Sequence record: AP019521.1
DNA length: 64,000 nucleotides
Reading direction: 5' to 3' (one strand)
Source of the DNA: Escherichia phage KIT01
Shown in pieces: positions 50,925-62,366 of the stretch; positions within the stretch are counted from its first letter, which is position 1, and each line of letters begins with the position of its first letter. Below the pieces are notes generated by a model. It saw only the letters and a list, made by a program, of their open reading frames with translations, was not told the origin of the DNA and searched no databases. A program made the position numbers and the translations under genes.

Positions 50925-51787
50925 TCATACAGCCATTTTAGCCTTAATAGTAGGGTGTGATTCGTAACCTTTAAGAACGAAATCTTCAGGATACATCATT
51001 CCGGTAACCCAAGCCAACTGTTGTTCTGTTGTCCACTCATGGAAATCTTTATGCCAATACCGTATTTCCAGTTCACAAAGCTCTTTAGGTTCGCGACGCA
51101 ATACTTCTTGGCATTGTTCAACGTGGTTAGAATAGATGTGCGTATTGCCGCCTGAGAACACTAAATCGCCAGGAATAAGATTACACATCTTAGCTACAAT
51201 ATGCACAAGAGCGGCGTAAGAGGCGATATTAAATGGCAATCCTAAGAACACGTCAACAGAACGCTGATACCACTGGAGGTCAAGATGACCGTTACGAACG
51301 TTGAACTGGTAAAAACAGTGGCATGGTGGAAGAGCCATCTGGTTAATTTCAGCCGGGTTCCATGCTGATACGATTTGACGACGGTCATTAGGCATTTTCT
51401 TAATGCGTTCAACAATTTCTACAACCTGGTCGATACCACCAAAATCTCGCCATTGTTTCCCGTACACAGGACCCAGTTCGCCATCAGAATATCCCAAATC
51501 AACTGCTTGATTTTCATAATTCTCGTCCCAAATAGTTTTGCCTTCAGTGCGTGAACCGTGAGTACGATGACGCAGGTCATTAACGTTGGTTGAACCTGAA
51601 AGGAACCAAAGGAGCTCAGCAATACAGGCTTTCCATGCTAATTTTTTAGTTGTTACCGCCGGGAAGCCTTTAGTTAAATCAAAACGTAATTTAGTACCGA
51701 ACAGTGCAATTGTACCGGTGCCGGTACGGTCGTCAGTTTCGTAGCCGTTTTCCAGGATATCTTTAATTAAAAATTGGTATTGTTTCA

Positions 51788-51800
<13 letters not shown>
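50925..51800 (-). CDS. td: Thymidylate synthase
   Basis: 291-aa uninterrupted ORF; active-site PPCHCFYQF; no intron. Confidence 0.9.
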
Positions 51801-52832
<1,032 letters not shown>

Positions 52833-52857
52833 TTTATTCTCCTTAGTTGACCAGGCT

Positions 52858-52887
52858 ATAGTATCACTACCATAGCCTGGTGTAAAC
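52858..52887 (-). promoter_or_regulatory. Early-type promoter with inverted repeat across the -10
   Basis: Reverse complement GTTTAC-N18-TACTAT; arms ccaggctat / atagcctgg flank the -10. Confidence 0.5.
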
Positions 52888-53115
52888 TTATTTTTGAATT
52901 AAGCCCATATAAAATTTAGCGTCTTCCGGGTGCATACCGTCACAATACTCGTAAGCCATAAAGCGGGTAAGGTCTTCAAGAGGACCTTGGACTTCAATTT
53001 GCATACTACAGAATTGAGTATCTTTAATATGGGTCATAACTAAAGAAGGATAACGATTACGGATAACTTCGTAAGTGTATTCAAAATCAACGATATCAAT
53101 ATTAACCTTAGCCAT
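52888..53115 (-). CDS. Hypothetical protein (frd.x)
   Basis: Start moved to the internal ATG (MAKVNIDIV) that has a GAGGAAA ribosome-binding site. Confidence 0.45.
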   Translation of the reverse strand: MAKVNIDIVDFEYTYEVIRNRYPSLVMTHIKDTQFCSMQIEVQGPLEDLTRFMAYEYCDGMHPEDAKFYMGLIQK

Positions 53116-53147
53116 TTTATTTTCCTCACTCATTAGTTGATAGGTCT

Positions 53148-53176
53148 ATAGTATCATGTTTAAAGCAGATGTAAAC
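53148..53176 (-). promoter_or_regulatory. Early-type promoter
   Basis: Reverse complement GTTTAC-N17-TACTAT followed by agacctatcaac. Confidence 0.5.
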
Positions 53177-53178
53177 AC

Positions 53179-53439
53179 TTATTTTTGAATTTTATCAAGC
53201 CACTTACCAAGTTTAATCATTTCTTTGGTAGCTTTTTCCATACTTCTGAATTTAACCAGTAAAGGTTGGGCATCAACACCCATAACTAAGGTGGTTACAA
53301 GACTATGTTCACCTACAAGCCATAATGAATACGTTTGGATATCGAGCCCATAATTTCTGTCTTTATGAACTCGTACACCCATCACTTCAAATTTCTCACT
53401 GGCTTTTTCTACTGCATCCAGGAAATCATCTTTAGTCAT
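53179..53439 (-). CDS. Hypothetical protein (frd.x)
   Basis: Start moved to the internal ATG (MTKDDFL) so that it abuts the upstream ORF. Confidence 0.45.
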   Translation of the reverse strand: MTKDDFLDAVEKASEKFEVMGVRVHKDRNYGLDIQTYSLWLVGEHSLVTTLVMGVDAQPLLVKFRSMEKATKEMIKLGKWLDKIQK

Positions 53440-53440
53440 A

Positions 53441-53830
53441 TTAGGCCTTAAAAGTTTTTTGCAAAAGTTCAATGATTTGGTCAACGTTCTGTTCGGTAAC
53501 AATGCAATGGATTTGAGTTACGCCGGTCTTAGCAATAGGCTCATCGATTTCTTTATCTTCCGCAACATATTCACGGAAGCAATAGAACTCGTCTTCATGC
53601 AACTCAAAATAATTTGGCGCCAACCCGTCTGCACTAAAAATCTCGCCATTAGCGCATTCGATTTCAGTCACAAATTTGTCGCCATCCACAGTCAACATAT
53701 CCTTTACTTCAAACCAACCACCGTTGTCTTGGATAAGGTCGACCATGTTTTTATTATTTTCATATTCGTCCATTTCAATAAAGTCTTTAATGCATTCAGG
53801 ACGAAGTTCATAAGTTTTACCGATTTCCAT
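53441..53830 (-). CDS. Hypothetical acidic protein (frd.x)
   Basis: 129-aa ORF; AGGAAA ribosome-binding site; early promoter upstream. Confidence 0.5.
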   Translation of the reverse strand: MEIGKTYELRPECIKDFIEMDEYENNKNMVDLIQDNGGWFEVKDMLTVDGDKFVTEIECANGEIFSADGLAPNYFELHEDEFYCFREYVAEDKEIDEPIAKTGVTQIHCIVTEQNVDQIIELLQKTFKA

Positions 53831-53858
53831 TTTATTTCCTCATGTAGTTGATAGGTCT

Positions 53859-53887
53859 ATAGTATCACGTTTAAAGGCATTGTAAAC
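53859..53887 (-). promoter_or_regulatory. Early-type promoter
   Basis: Reverse complement GTTTAC-N17-TACTAT followed by agacctatcaac. Confidence 0.5.
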
Positions 53888-53903
53888 CGTTAAATGCCAA
53901 AAA

Positions 53904-53923
53904 GGGAAGACCGAAGTCTTCCC
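53904..53923 (-). terminator. Stem-loop gggaagac-cgaa-gtcttccc downstream of gene 32
   Basis: 8-bp stem with tetraloop about 15 nt after the gene 32 stop. Confidence 0.6.
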
Positions 53924-53939
53924 ATTATAAATCAATAAC

Positions 53940-54845
53940 TTATAGACCAGCTAACAGGTCATCCAGACCATCGTCATCAGAAGGACTTACTGACGGCTCA
54001 GGAGTAGTGGAACGAGTAGGTGTAGACGGTTTGGAATCATATGCATCAAGGTCTGCACTGAATGCGTCCAGGTCATCACCAATCTTATCAGCGGCTGCAG
54101 AAGCTTTAGCGGCAGCACCACCAAGAGCAGCTGTACCAACAACTTTCTTAAACTTGGCTTCGTTAGTTTCGAATGATTTGAAATCGAGCAGTTTAGAAAG
54201 GTCGTGCATTTCTTCCATCAATTTAGCTTGGTAAGCTTCATCATTGATGTTAGGAATTTCAGACTGACCCATGAATTTAGAATCGTCGTAGTTTTTGAAG
54301 TCGCCAACTTTCTTAGATTTCAGTACGAAGTTCGCACCATCAAACGGACATGTTACGTCAACCGGCACTTCACCAATATCGGTATCAACTTCAACCATCT
54401 GGTTGATTTTATCCATAATTTTCTGACCGAAACGGAATTTAAACACTTTACCTTCGTTAGCAGGCACTGCACTATCCTTAATAACAAGGATGTTAGCCCA
54501 GAAGGAAGTTTTACGTTTCATCAGTTTGTATTCGGCATTATTAGTATTAAAAGTATCGTTCTGGTTCATGTATTTACATACAGGACACGAATCGAAATCA
54601 CCGTGAGTAGACGTACAGTTTTCAATATACCATTGGCCATTTTTCTTGAAGCCGTGGTTAACGAGCTTAATGAATGGAGATGGATTTTCTTCGTTTTTCG
54701 AAGGTAGGAAACGAATTACCGCAGTACCAACACCGTTGTCATCTTTCAATTTCCATTCAGCTTTATCATCGGAAGAGAAAGAAGAACCACCTTTCATTGC
54801 AGACAGTTGAGCAGCCAGTTGGGAAGGGTCTTTACGTTTAAACAT
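53940..54845 (-). CDS. 32: Single-stranded DNA-binding protein gp32
   Basis: 301 aa, same as T4 gp32; zinc-binding region [10 protein letters not shown]; acidic C-terminal tail [12 protein letters not shown]. Confidence 0.9.
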   Translation of the reverse strand: MFKRKDPSQLAAQLSAMKGGSSFSSDDKAEWKLKDDNGVGTAVIRFLPSKNEENPSPFIKLVNHGFKKNGQWYIENCTSTHGDFDSCPVCKYMNQNDTFNTNNAEYKLMKRKTSFWANILVIKDSAVPANEGKVFKFRFGQKIMDKINQMVEVDTDIGEVPVDVTCPFDGANFVLKSKKVGDFKNYDDSKFMGQSEIPNINDEAYQAKLMEEMHDLSKLLDFKSFETNEAKFKKVVGTAALGGAAAKASAAADKIGDDLDAFSADLDAYDSKPSTPTRSTTPEPSVSPSDDDGLDDLLAGL

Positions 54846-54936
54846 ATTATTTACCTTAGCAGATTTAGCAGTTGTATTTTATTGACAGTTTTTTTAACAG
54901 ATTGAGTTAGTATATTAACACAGTTGATTTGAAGCA

Positions 54937-55590
54937 TTAAAACTTACAAGATTTGATAGTTTCAATGAACAATTTACGAGCTTCTAAATTATCGATTATA
55001 AGAATTTTCTTATAAGCATTTAATTTAGTCGAATACTTAGACCACACTAAATCGTTGGTCTGTTCATCATGTTTATTTATTATGTCCATAAATGAATCAA
55101 GCAAAATAAACGTTTCGAATGAAATAACATTCGATTGAAGGAGCTTAAAAATATAGCTCGAGTTAACTTTTTTATTATAATCAAAAATTTCAGAAAGCGA
55201 TTGAACTTCCACTTTCTTACTAAAATAATAAATGTTTTTGGTATCATCCTCAAAAACTTGTTTTATTCTTTTAAGTCTACCGATATATTCTCGGTAAAAG
55301 ACTAAGGCGTCAGCATCACTGATGTCGCCAATCCATGCATCTTGGTTAGCCACCAAGTTACTCATGAAGATAAGAGCAAGCTCTTTCAAAGTGTATTTAT
55401 CACTCAATTTCTCAAAGAAATATTTGTCGCGACGTTTTTGATAAGCCGTATCAGAGATTCGCATGACCCAGTTATATTTGATAACGTCGTATTTGGCATT
55501 GAAGTGATGTTTGAGCATTAAGTATAGTGAATATACGCTCTTACCATTCACCATACGGTTATTGTTTGGTGGCATGCGAATCTTAATCAT
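54937..55590 (-). CDS. 59: Helicase loader gp59
   Basis: 217 aa; close match to remembered T4 gp59 (YDVIKYNW, FISNLVANQDAWIGDISDADALVFYREYIGRLK). Confidence 0.85.
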   Translation of the reverse strand: MIKIRMPPNNNRMVNGKSVYSLYLMLKHHFNAKYDVIKYNWVMRISDTAYQKRRDKYFFEKLSDKYTLKELALIFMSNLVANQDAWIGDISDADALVFYREYIGRLKRIKQVFEDDTKNIYYFSKKVEVQSLSEIFDYNKKVNSSYIFKLLQSNVISFETFILLDSFMDIINKHDEQTNDLVWSKYSTKLNAYKKILIIDNLEARKLFIETIKSCKF

Positions 55591-55889
55591 AACAAGAAAT
55601 CCAGGGTATTAGTCTTTTGCGTTCGGGCCATTGAAGGTCGAAGCAAGTTATCATCAATGGCTTCGTTCATAATTTTATCAATAATTCCTGCAGGCAAATA
55701 ACGAGCAAAGTTACCTTCAGGGATACTGTTCTCTTCCAACCATGCGGTAGCCGCTTCGAGGTAGCTACAACCTTCAGCCTCAACAAAGGCCTCAATATCA
55801 AGGCCATTCTGTTGTTTGTTTACCAATACATGGACAGGTTCGGAAGCGGTATTAACCGCTCCATCAAAATCATTCAAAGATTGTGTCAT
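55587..55889 (-). CDS. 33: Late transcription co-activator gp33
   Basis: 100 aa; C-terminus ...NLLRPS...KTNTLDFLL matches remembered T4 gp33. Confidence 0.7.
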   Translation of the reverse strand: MTQSLNDFDGAVNTASEPVHVLVNKQQNGLDIEAFVEAEGCSYLEAATAWLEENSIPEGNFARYLPAGIIDKIMNEAIDDNLLRPSMARTQKTNTLDFLL

Positions 55890-56142
55890 ACAGTTCTACC
55901 ACTTCAGTTTTTTCGTCTTCGAAACGTTCACGAGTGCCTTTATGGTACAGGGAGAACAGTTGGTTAAACATTTTACCGTCTACACCGAGTTCAGTCTTAG
56001 CACGGTCTTTGATATCTTTAATTTCGTCGCCATAAGCTTCCATTTTTAATTTAGTATCGGAAGCAGACTTAATCAATTGGGCCAATGTGTTACCATGTTC
56101 TTCTTGGTTGAATTCAATTTTCTCTTTAGCCATTATATTCAC
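55870..56142 (-). CDS. dsbA: DsbA-like double-stranded DNA-binding protein
   Basis: 90-aa ORF between rnh and gene 33, as in T4. Confidence 0.6.
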   Translation of the reverse strand: MNIMAKEKIEFNQEEHGNTLAQLIKSASDTKLKMEAYGDEIKDIKDRAKTELGVDGKMFNQLFSLYHKGTRERFEDEKTEVVELYDTIFE

Positions 56143-56143
56143 C

Positions 56144-57091
56144 TTAATAAAAATCAGCTACTGTAGCAGTTAGTTTAGACAAACCAGATTTAACGAAATA
56201 AGGATAGACTTTAGATTTCGAAGGTTTGTTATATGTATTATATCTTTCAGTAATTAAAGCAACAATATCATCTGGAATAAAGTCCATATCAATTAAGATT
56301 TGGTTTTCACAGAAACGTTCATATTGTTCTTCAGTAAGAAGTGTTTTAATTATATCATGGTCATAATAATTAAGAGCAATCGCTTCAAGTTCCTTGGCAC
56401 GAGTGCTAGGAGTACGTTCGCCTTCAACCATTGTCAACCAGTAATCACCACGAACTTTAATACTCGCAACGTTATCCTTGCGGTCACCTTTAATAACCTT
56501 AGTCACGCAATCAAGCAATGCATCGCCGGATTTTGTTTTGACGAATTTTTTCTGCATTGGGGACCATTGTTTTACCCCAGGGAATTTATGGAGTTGGGTA
56601 AAGTCACCATCAGAAGAACCAATCATAACGGGATGACCTAAAGCTGTAAGGATACGAGTCAATACAGCAATATGGTCATCAGCCTCGATTGTATCGATAT
56701 TCATAACAATATAAGGCATATTATGTTCCAATTCATCGACAATAACATGCATTGCTGTAAATAGGCCTTCCCAATCAAATGGTGATTCGTCACGTGCCTT
56801 AGCACGGTTTTTCTTATAATAAGAAGAATAACGACGGCGCCAATATCCTGATTTGGAATTATCGACACAAATAATTAATTGGTTGTAACCTTGTTTTTTA
56901 AAGTCTTTAATGTTTTTCTTAATTGAATTCAACACGAGGTGTCGAAGCATTGCTGTAGTTACTTTAGGAAATCCGGCATTCTCGCCAAACTCTTGGAAAG
57001 CCGCAGCCATAATGATTTGGCTGAAATCTAGGAGTAAAAACCCATCTTTTTGTTGGTCTTCTTCAGGAAGTAAAAAATCTAAATCGTTCAT
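56144..57091 (-). CDS. rnh: RNase H (5'-3' exonuclease, FEN family)
   Basis: Matches remembered T4 RNase H (CIDN.KSGYWRR, EADDHIAV, SSDGDFTQLHK); start set at the internal ATG with a GAGG ribosome-binding site because the first ATG lies inside the promoter -10 box. Confidence 0.85.
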   Translation of the reverse strand: MNDLDFLLPEEDQQKDGFLLLDFSQIIMAAAFQEFGENAGFPKVTTAMLRHLVLNSIKKNIKDFKKQGYNQLIICVDNSKSGYWRRRYSSYYKKNRAKARDESPFDWEGLFTAMHVIVDELEHNMPYIVMNIDTIEADDHIAVLTRILTALGHPVMIGSSDGDFTQLHKFPGVKQWSPMQKKFVKTKSGDALLDCVTKVIKGDRKDNVASIKVRGDYWLTMVEGERTPSTRAKELEAIALNYYDHDIIKTLLTEEQYERFCENQILIDMDFIPDDIVALITERYNTYNKPSKSKVYPYFVKSGLSKLTATVADFY

Positions 57092-57122
57092 ATGAACCTC
57101 TGTCCAATTAGTGTAGAGGTTC

Positions 57123-57151
57123 ATTATATCATGACCCTAGAAGAAGTAAAC
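57123..57151 (-). promoter_or_regulatory. Early-type promoter for rnh (GTTTAC-N17-TATAAT)
   Basis: Reverse complement gives a near-consensus -35/-10 pair; the -10 TATAATG includes the first ATG of the ORF-track rnh ORF. Confidence 0.55.
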
Positions 57152-57158
57152 ACTTTGC

Positions 57159-57166
57159 TATAAATA
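57159..57166 (+). promoter_or_regulatory. Late promoter box TATAAATA (gene 34)
   Basis: TATAAATA about 33 nt upstream of the gene 34 ATG. Confidence 0.5.
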
Positions 57167-57198
57167 GTTCTATACCCTGAAAACGAAAAGGAAATAAA

Positions 57199-60100
57199 AT
57201 GGCCGATATTTTAAAACCTGCCTTCCGTGCTACATCCGGACTCGATGCTGCAGGCGAGAAAGTTATCAATGTTGCCAAAGCCGATTACAATGTATTAGAC
57301 GACGGCGTCAACGTTGAATTCTTTATAGATGAGAACACCATCCAGGCGTACGACGAGACGCGCGGATATAAGAAAGGGTTTGCCGTAATCCATGACCAAC
57401 GTATCTGGGTTGCTCAACGTGATATCGATGCTCCGGCAGGAGCCTTTGTACCAGGTTATTGGACTGCTACCCGTACTGACCCTAAATGGATTACTGTAGC
57501 GTCTCCTACACGCCAACTGGCTTCTGGTGAATATATTGCGGTGGATTCTGCTGCTAGCTTTACTACATTTACCCTGCCTCCTAACCCTACAGATGGCGAT
57601 ACCGTTGTAATTAAAGATATCGGTGGACGTGTTGGTTATAATGAAATAAAGGTCCAATCTAGTTCTGCTCCTGGCGGCGGTAACCAGAAAATTGTTCGTT
57701 TTGGTAATCAGTTTACTGAGACCTTAATTACGAAGCCTTTTTCTTATAACATGCTTATCTTTGCTAACCGTCTTTGGCATTTCTGGGAATCGGGTAACGA
57801 AGAACGTGGTATCCGTGTAGAACCTAACACCGCTCAGTTCCAAGCTCAAGCCGGTGATAACATTCTCCGTCGTTATACTTCAGGTGCAGTAATTAAGTTT
57901 ACTCTTCCTAAGTATGCGAACCAAGGCGATATTATTAAAACCGCTGATATCGATGGTTTAGGAAGTAAATTCCACTTAATCGTTGAAACATTCGATGCGT
58001 CATCTTCATTAGGTAAGCTAGGTCAGCATAGCATGGAATTCCGTACCTCCGGTGACGGATTCTTTGTTTATAACTCTACCGAAAAATTATGGTATGTTTG
58101 GGACGGCGACCTTAAAACCCGTTTACGTGTAATTCGCGATGATGTTGAACTCTTGGCTAATGAAAGTATTATTGTTTTTGGTCCTAATAATACAACGCCA
58201 CAGACGATTAATATCACATTACCTACAGGCGTAGCCCAAGGTGATGTCGTTAAGATTGCTCTGAACTATCTCCGTAAAGCTCAGACGGTAAATATTAAGG
58301 CTGCTGTAGGAGATAAAATAGCTTCTTCGGTTCAATTGCTCCAGTTCCCTAAACGTTCTGAATATCCGCCGGATACTGAATGGGTATTGAATGATGTATT
58401 GACCTTCAATGGTAACTTAAGTTATACTCCGGTTATTGAACTGAGTTATATCGAAGACATCACTACAGGTGGCAAATATTGGGTTGTTGCTCAAAACGTT
58501 CCTACTGTAGAACGTGTGGATTCTAAAGATGATTTAACCCGTGCTCGTCTTGGTGTTATTGCTCTGGCGTCACAGACCCAAGCAAACGTCGACCATGAAA
58601 ATAATCCTGAAAAAGAACTTGCAATTACTCCTCAGACTTTAGCTAATCGTGTAGCGACTGAATCTCGTCGTGGTATTGCTCGTATTGCTACTACTGCTCA
58701 GGTGAACCAGGATACAACCTTCGCATTCCAGGACGATTTGATTATTTCTCCTAAGAAATTAAACGAACGTACTGCAACCGAAACTCGTCGTGGTGTTGCT
58801 GAAATTGCTACGCAAGTTGAAACCAATGCTGGTATAGATGACACTACAATCATCACTCCTAAGAAGCTACAAGCGCGCCAGGGTTCGGAAAGTCTTTCAG
58901 GTATTGTAACATATACCTCTACTGTAGGAACCACTCCTGCGACTGCTAGGGACACCGTAGGTACTAACGTTTATAATAAGAACGTAGGCAATTTGGTTAT
59001 TTCTCCTAAAGCTCTTGACCAGTATAAAGCTACCCAAGTTCAACAGGGTACGGTATATCTTTCTAACCAATCTGAAGTTAACGCAGGCCAATCGGCAAGT
59101 GGATTTGCCAACAGTGCTGTTTCTCCTGAAACATTACATGCTCGTGTGGCTCTTGATACTCGTACAGGGTTAATTGAAATTGCTACGCAAACAGAGACTG
59201 ATACTGGAACAGATTATACTCGTGCGGTAACGCCTAAGACGTTAAATGATAGGAAAGCTACGGAAGGATTGACTGGTATTGCTAGAATTGCAACACAGGT
59301 AGAATTTGATGCAGGTGTATTAGATAATGTTATTTCAACTCCGTTGAAAATTAAAACAAGATTTAATGATACTGCTAGAACTTCTGTCTCAGCAGCCAGC
59401 GGTTTGGTTGAATCAGGAACCTTATGGAACCATTATACACTAGATATTAGAGAAGCAAATGAGACACAACGTGGCACTGCTCGCCTGGCAACCCAGACCG
59501 AAGTCAACGTTGGTACTGATGACAAAACTATCATCACTCCTTTGAAATTACATTCTAAAAAATCTACTGAAAGTTCTGAAGGTATTATTCGTGTTGCAAC
59601 GAATACCGAAACAACCGCAGGAACTTCTAAAGTTCTGGCTGTAAGCCCTTCTGGTTTAAAATATGTAGTACAGACCGAAACCACTTGGGAAGCTACTGCA
59701 CTTCGTCGTGGATTTGTTAAATTAACTGAAGCTGCTTTAACTTACTCAGGAAATAAAGTTACTGGTTCTGGTGTTAAATTTAACTCAGGTACAGGCCTTT
59801 ATGAGAATGACGATACTGTTCTGAATGCAGCTAACTACCCTAAAACAGGTTATGCTGTTTCATCTTACGAGATGAATAAAACTTTACAGAACTTTTTACC
59901 TATAAATGCTACGGCTGTGAACTCCGAGAAATTGGATGGCCTAGATTCACTCCAGTTCATTCGTAGAGACGTCGACCAAACGGTTAATGGTTCTTTAACC
60001 CTGACCAAACAATTGAACCTGGCAGCACCTCTAGTGTCTTCTAGTACTGCTACATTTACGGATGTTACGGCTACAAATTCTACCTTTGGTACAGTGAACG

Positions 60101-61218
60101 TTGTTAATGGAACCAATAAATGGAAAATAACAGCTCCATCTACCGGAACTACATTAACCATTGGTGATACGACTACTAACGTATTGACTATGAACACCGC
60201 TACAGGTAATGTGGCTGCTCTGAATAACCTTAGTGCTGGAAATGATGTCCAGGCCAAAAATAACTTTGTCCTGAATGGAAGAACCATCGCAACCACCACC
60301 GGTGAAGCTTCTGGTGCTACATTGTCTTTAGGCGATAATTCTCAGAATTTGGTTCTTAAAACATTAGATGCAGGAAATATCGTAGCTAATGGTGGTGGTG
60401 CTTATAAAGTTCTGACCGAGAAAAACGCTGTAGAAATTGTAGACCGAAACTTTGTTAACCAGGCCGGCGACACAATGACAGGTGTTCTCCGTGTTAATGC
60501 TCCGGTACGTGCATTTGGTACTAAGCCTACATTAGCATCCCAGGCTCCTACTGCAGAAACAGTTGGCTTCTGGTCTGTTGATATCAATGACGAGGCTACT
60601 TATAGTAAGTTCCCTGGTTATTGGACAATGGTTACCAAGCGCCAGATTAATATTGATACGGTCCAGACTAAACCTGCTGGGATGTCTTATAAAGATTGGA
60701 ACAACTCTGGGTGGTTAACTGAAAGCGGTACAAATGGAAGAGATGAAAACAACGACCCTATAAAAGGCCCGGATAACCAACCGATTCAGGTTGTACCTAT
60801 TCGTTATCGTAAACCGGATGGAACTTTAGGTGACCCAGTTAGTACACCAGAGGCTCCTATACGTGGTACTTGGTTTGATTATTCTGTTCGTGATAAGGAA
60901 GTTAAATATCCTGGTACGTTAACTCAGTTTGGTAATACATTGGATTCATGTTATCAGGATTGGGTGTGCTATCCTACAGGATTGAATGGTGGTACTATTC
61001 GTTATACACGTACCTGGCAGAAAAATAAAAACGCATGGACTACGTTCTCTATGGTCTATACCGCAGATAACCCTCCTTCTGCTGAAGAGGTTGGTGCATT
61101 GCCTGCTGATAACGCTACAATGGGTAACATTACAATCCTTGATTGGTTACGTATTGGTAACGTTCGTATTATTCCTGACCCGGTCACTAAATCTGTTAAG
61201 TTTGAGTGGATTGAATAA
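57199..61218 (+). CDS. 34: Long tail fiber proximal subunit gp34
   Basis: 1339-aa ORF with TATAAATA box upstream; internal repeated x-RRG-x-A-x-IAT motifs. Confidence 0.9.
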   Translation: MADILKPAFRATSGLDAAGEKVINVAKADYNVLDDGVNVEFFIDENTIQAYDETRGYKKGFAVIHDQRIWVAQRDIDAPAGAFVPGYWTATRTDPKWITVASPTRQLASGEYIAVDSAASFTTFTLPPNPTDGDTVVIKDIGGRVGYNEIKVQSSSAPGGGNQKIVRFGNQFTETLITKPFSYNMLIFANRLWHFWESGNEERGIRVEPNTAQFQAQAGDNILRRYTSGAVIKFTLPKYANQGDIIKTADIDGLGSKFHLIVETFDASSSLGKLGQHSMEFRTSGDGFFVYNSTEKLWYVWDGDLKTRLRVIRDDVELLANESIIVFGPNNTTPQTINITLPTGVAQGDVVKIALNYLRKAQTVNIKAAVGDKIASSVQLLQFPKRSEYPPDTEWVLNDVLTFNGNLSYTPVIELSYIEDITTGGKYWVVAQNVPTVERVDSKDDLTRARLGVIALASQTQANVDHENNPEKELAITPQTLANRVATESRRGIARIATTAQVNQDTTFAFQDDLIISPKKLNERTATETRRGVAEIATQVETNAGIDDTTIITPKKLQARQGSESLSGIVTYTSTVGTTPATARDTVGTNVYNKNVGNLVISPKALDQYKATQVQQGTVYLSNQSEVNAGQSASGFANSAVSPETLHARVALDTRTGLIEIATQTETDTGTDYTRAVTPKTLNDRKATEGLTGIARIATQVEFDAGVLDNVISTPLKIKTRFNDTARTSVSAASGLVESGTLWNHYTLDIREANETQRGTARLATQTEVNVGTDDKTIITPLKLHSKKSTESSEGIIRVATNTETTAGTSKVLAVSPSGLKYVVQTETTWEATALRRGFVKLTEAALTYSGNKVTGSGVKFNSGTGLYENDDTVLNAANYPKTGYAVSSYEMNKTLQNFLPINATAVNSEKLDGLDSLQFIRRDVDQTVNGSLTLTKQLNLAAPLVSSSTATFTDVTATNSTFGTVNVVNGTNKWKITAPSTGTTLTIGDTTTNVLTMNTATGNVAALNNLSAGNDVQAKNNFVLNGRTIATTTGEASGATLSLGDNSQNLVLKTLDAGNIVANGGGAYKVLTEKNAVEIVDRNFVNQAGDTMTGVLRVNAPVRAFGTKPTLASQAPTAETVGFWSVDINDEATYSKFPGYWTMVTKRQINIDTVQTKPAGMSYKDWNNSGWLTESGTNGRDENNDPIKGPDNQPIQVVPIRYRKPDGTLGDPVSTPEAPIRGTWFDYSVRDKEVKYPGTLTQFGNTLDSCYQDWVCYPTGLNGGTIRYTRTWQKNKNAWTTFSMVYTADNPPSAEEVGALPADNATMGNITILDWLRIGNVRIIPDPVTKSVKFEWIE
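58540..59650 (+). repeat. Tandem tail-fibre repeat motifs within gene 34
   Basis: At least six copies of E-x-RRG-x-A-x-IAT-Q-x-E-x-N-x-G spaced about 40-60 aa apart. Confidence 0.6.
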
Positions 61219-61226
61219 GAGGTATT

Positions 61227-62348
61227 ATGGAAAGATTTATGGCAGAATTTGGACAAGGATATGTCCAGGTTCCTACATTATCTGAAAACAATGCTGTAAG
61301 GTATAAACTTAGTATAGCGGGTAGTTGTACTAAGTCTACCACAAAAGCATATGTTAAATTTCAAGATGGGAACTTCGGTTCCCAGAATTTTCAAAATGGA
61401 TTAAACCTTATAGAAATCGATGTTAGTGCTGAACCCAAAATAGTGGCTAACAAAACTTATAGTTTTACAAAAGATTTTGATGTTATTTCTGAAGCTTTTA
61501 TAACGTATATAAATTCTATACCAGCCAATAGAATAGTTTGTTTAGTATCTTCTGGTAGATTAAATGCTTCACAAAAACTTATTGATTGGTTCCATGCAGC
61601 AGGAAGTACCGCATTCCCGACTAAATGGTTAATAGACCGGTTTGAGCCATCTTATTCTGCATTTTATGTTTCAGGAAGGAATGCTATAGTAATGGAACAT
61701 GTGCTTTATAATGATGGGGTATTGATCGAAGATGTTTCTACTCCATTAGAAGTGGTATTTGATGATATCAGCGACGTCGGTGGTACAGGATATCCTGTCA
61801 GAATTGTTGAAGATGAAAACACTTATCTAAGCAATGATGGAGATGAAATTAAGAGATTTCCTACCGAATCTCCTACCACCCCATTAACAGATTATAATAT
61901 GAAACCAGGTGAATTCTTTTACCTTAAGTTTCAATTAATGTGCGACCAAGCTTTAAAAGACGTCGGGACCTCTCAGATGTCTGTTAGATTTTTTAATGCC
62001 TCAGGTGCTTTAACCGGGACAGTTAATATGGACGTTCCTTCCAACGTTCCTGCTGGTGCATGGATGACATTTGAACGAGTAGTAATGGTTCCTGAAGGTA
62101 CTACAGACTTCACCCTTTATGCCAGAAAAACAGCTTCGGCCGGACAAGGTGGAGTTCGAAATGTTATGTTCGGTGAGATATCTGAATCAGAACCTCAGCC
62201 AAAACCTGCTGAATTTGGTGTTAACGGTATTCGTATGAACTTTGGTACAGAAACTAAAAATATGGGTACTACCATAGCCCAGCTATATGATAAAACAGGT
62301 ACTAAACCTGGTCAGGTTTGGGTCGCTGAATTTAGAGAAAAATATTAA
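61227..62348 (+). CDS. 35: Long tail fiber hinge protein gp35
   Basis: 373-aa ORF following gene 34; followed by a stem-loop with T-run. Confidence 0.8.
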   Translation: MERFMAEFGQGYVQVPTLSENNAVRYKLSIAGSCTKSTTKAYVKFQDGNFGSQNFQNGLNLIEIDVSAEPKIVANKTYSFTKDFDVISEAFITYINSIPANRIVCLVSSGRLNASQKLIDWFHAAGSTAFPTKWLIDRFEPSYSAFYVSGRNAIVMEHVLYNDGVLIEDVSTPLEVVFDDISDVGGTGYPVRIVEDENTYLSNDGDEIKRFPTESPTTPLTDYNMKPGEFFYLKFQLMCDQALKDVGTSQMSVRFFNASGALTGTVNMDVPSNVPAGAWMTFERVVMVPEGTTDFTLYARKTASAGQGGVRNVMFGEISESEPQPKPAEFGVNGIRMNFGTETKNMGTTIAQLYDKTGTKPGQVWVAEFREKY

Positions 62349-62366
62349 GGAACCTTCGGGTTCCTT
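62347..62366 (+). terminator. Stem-loop aaggaacc-ttcg-ggttcctt plus T-run after gene 35
   Basis: 8-bp stem, UUCG loop, followed by tttttcgttttt. Confidence 0.65.
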
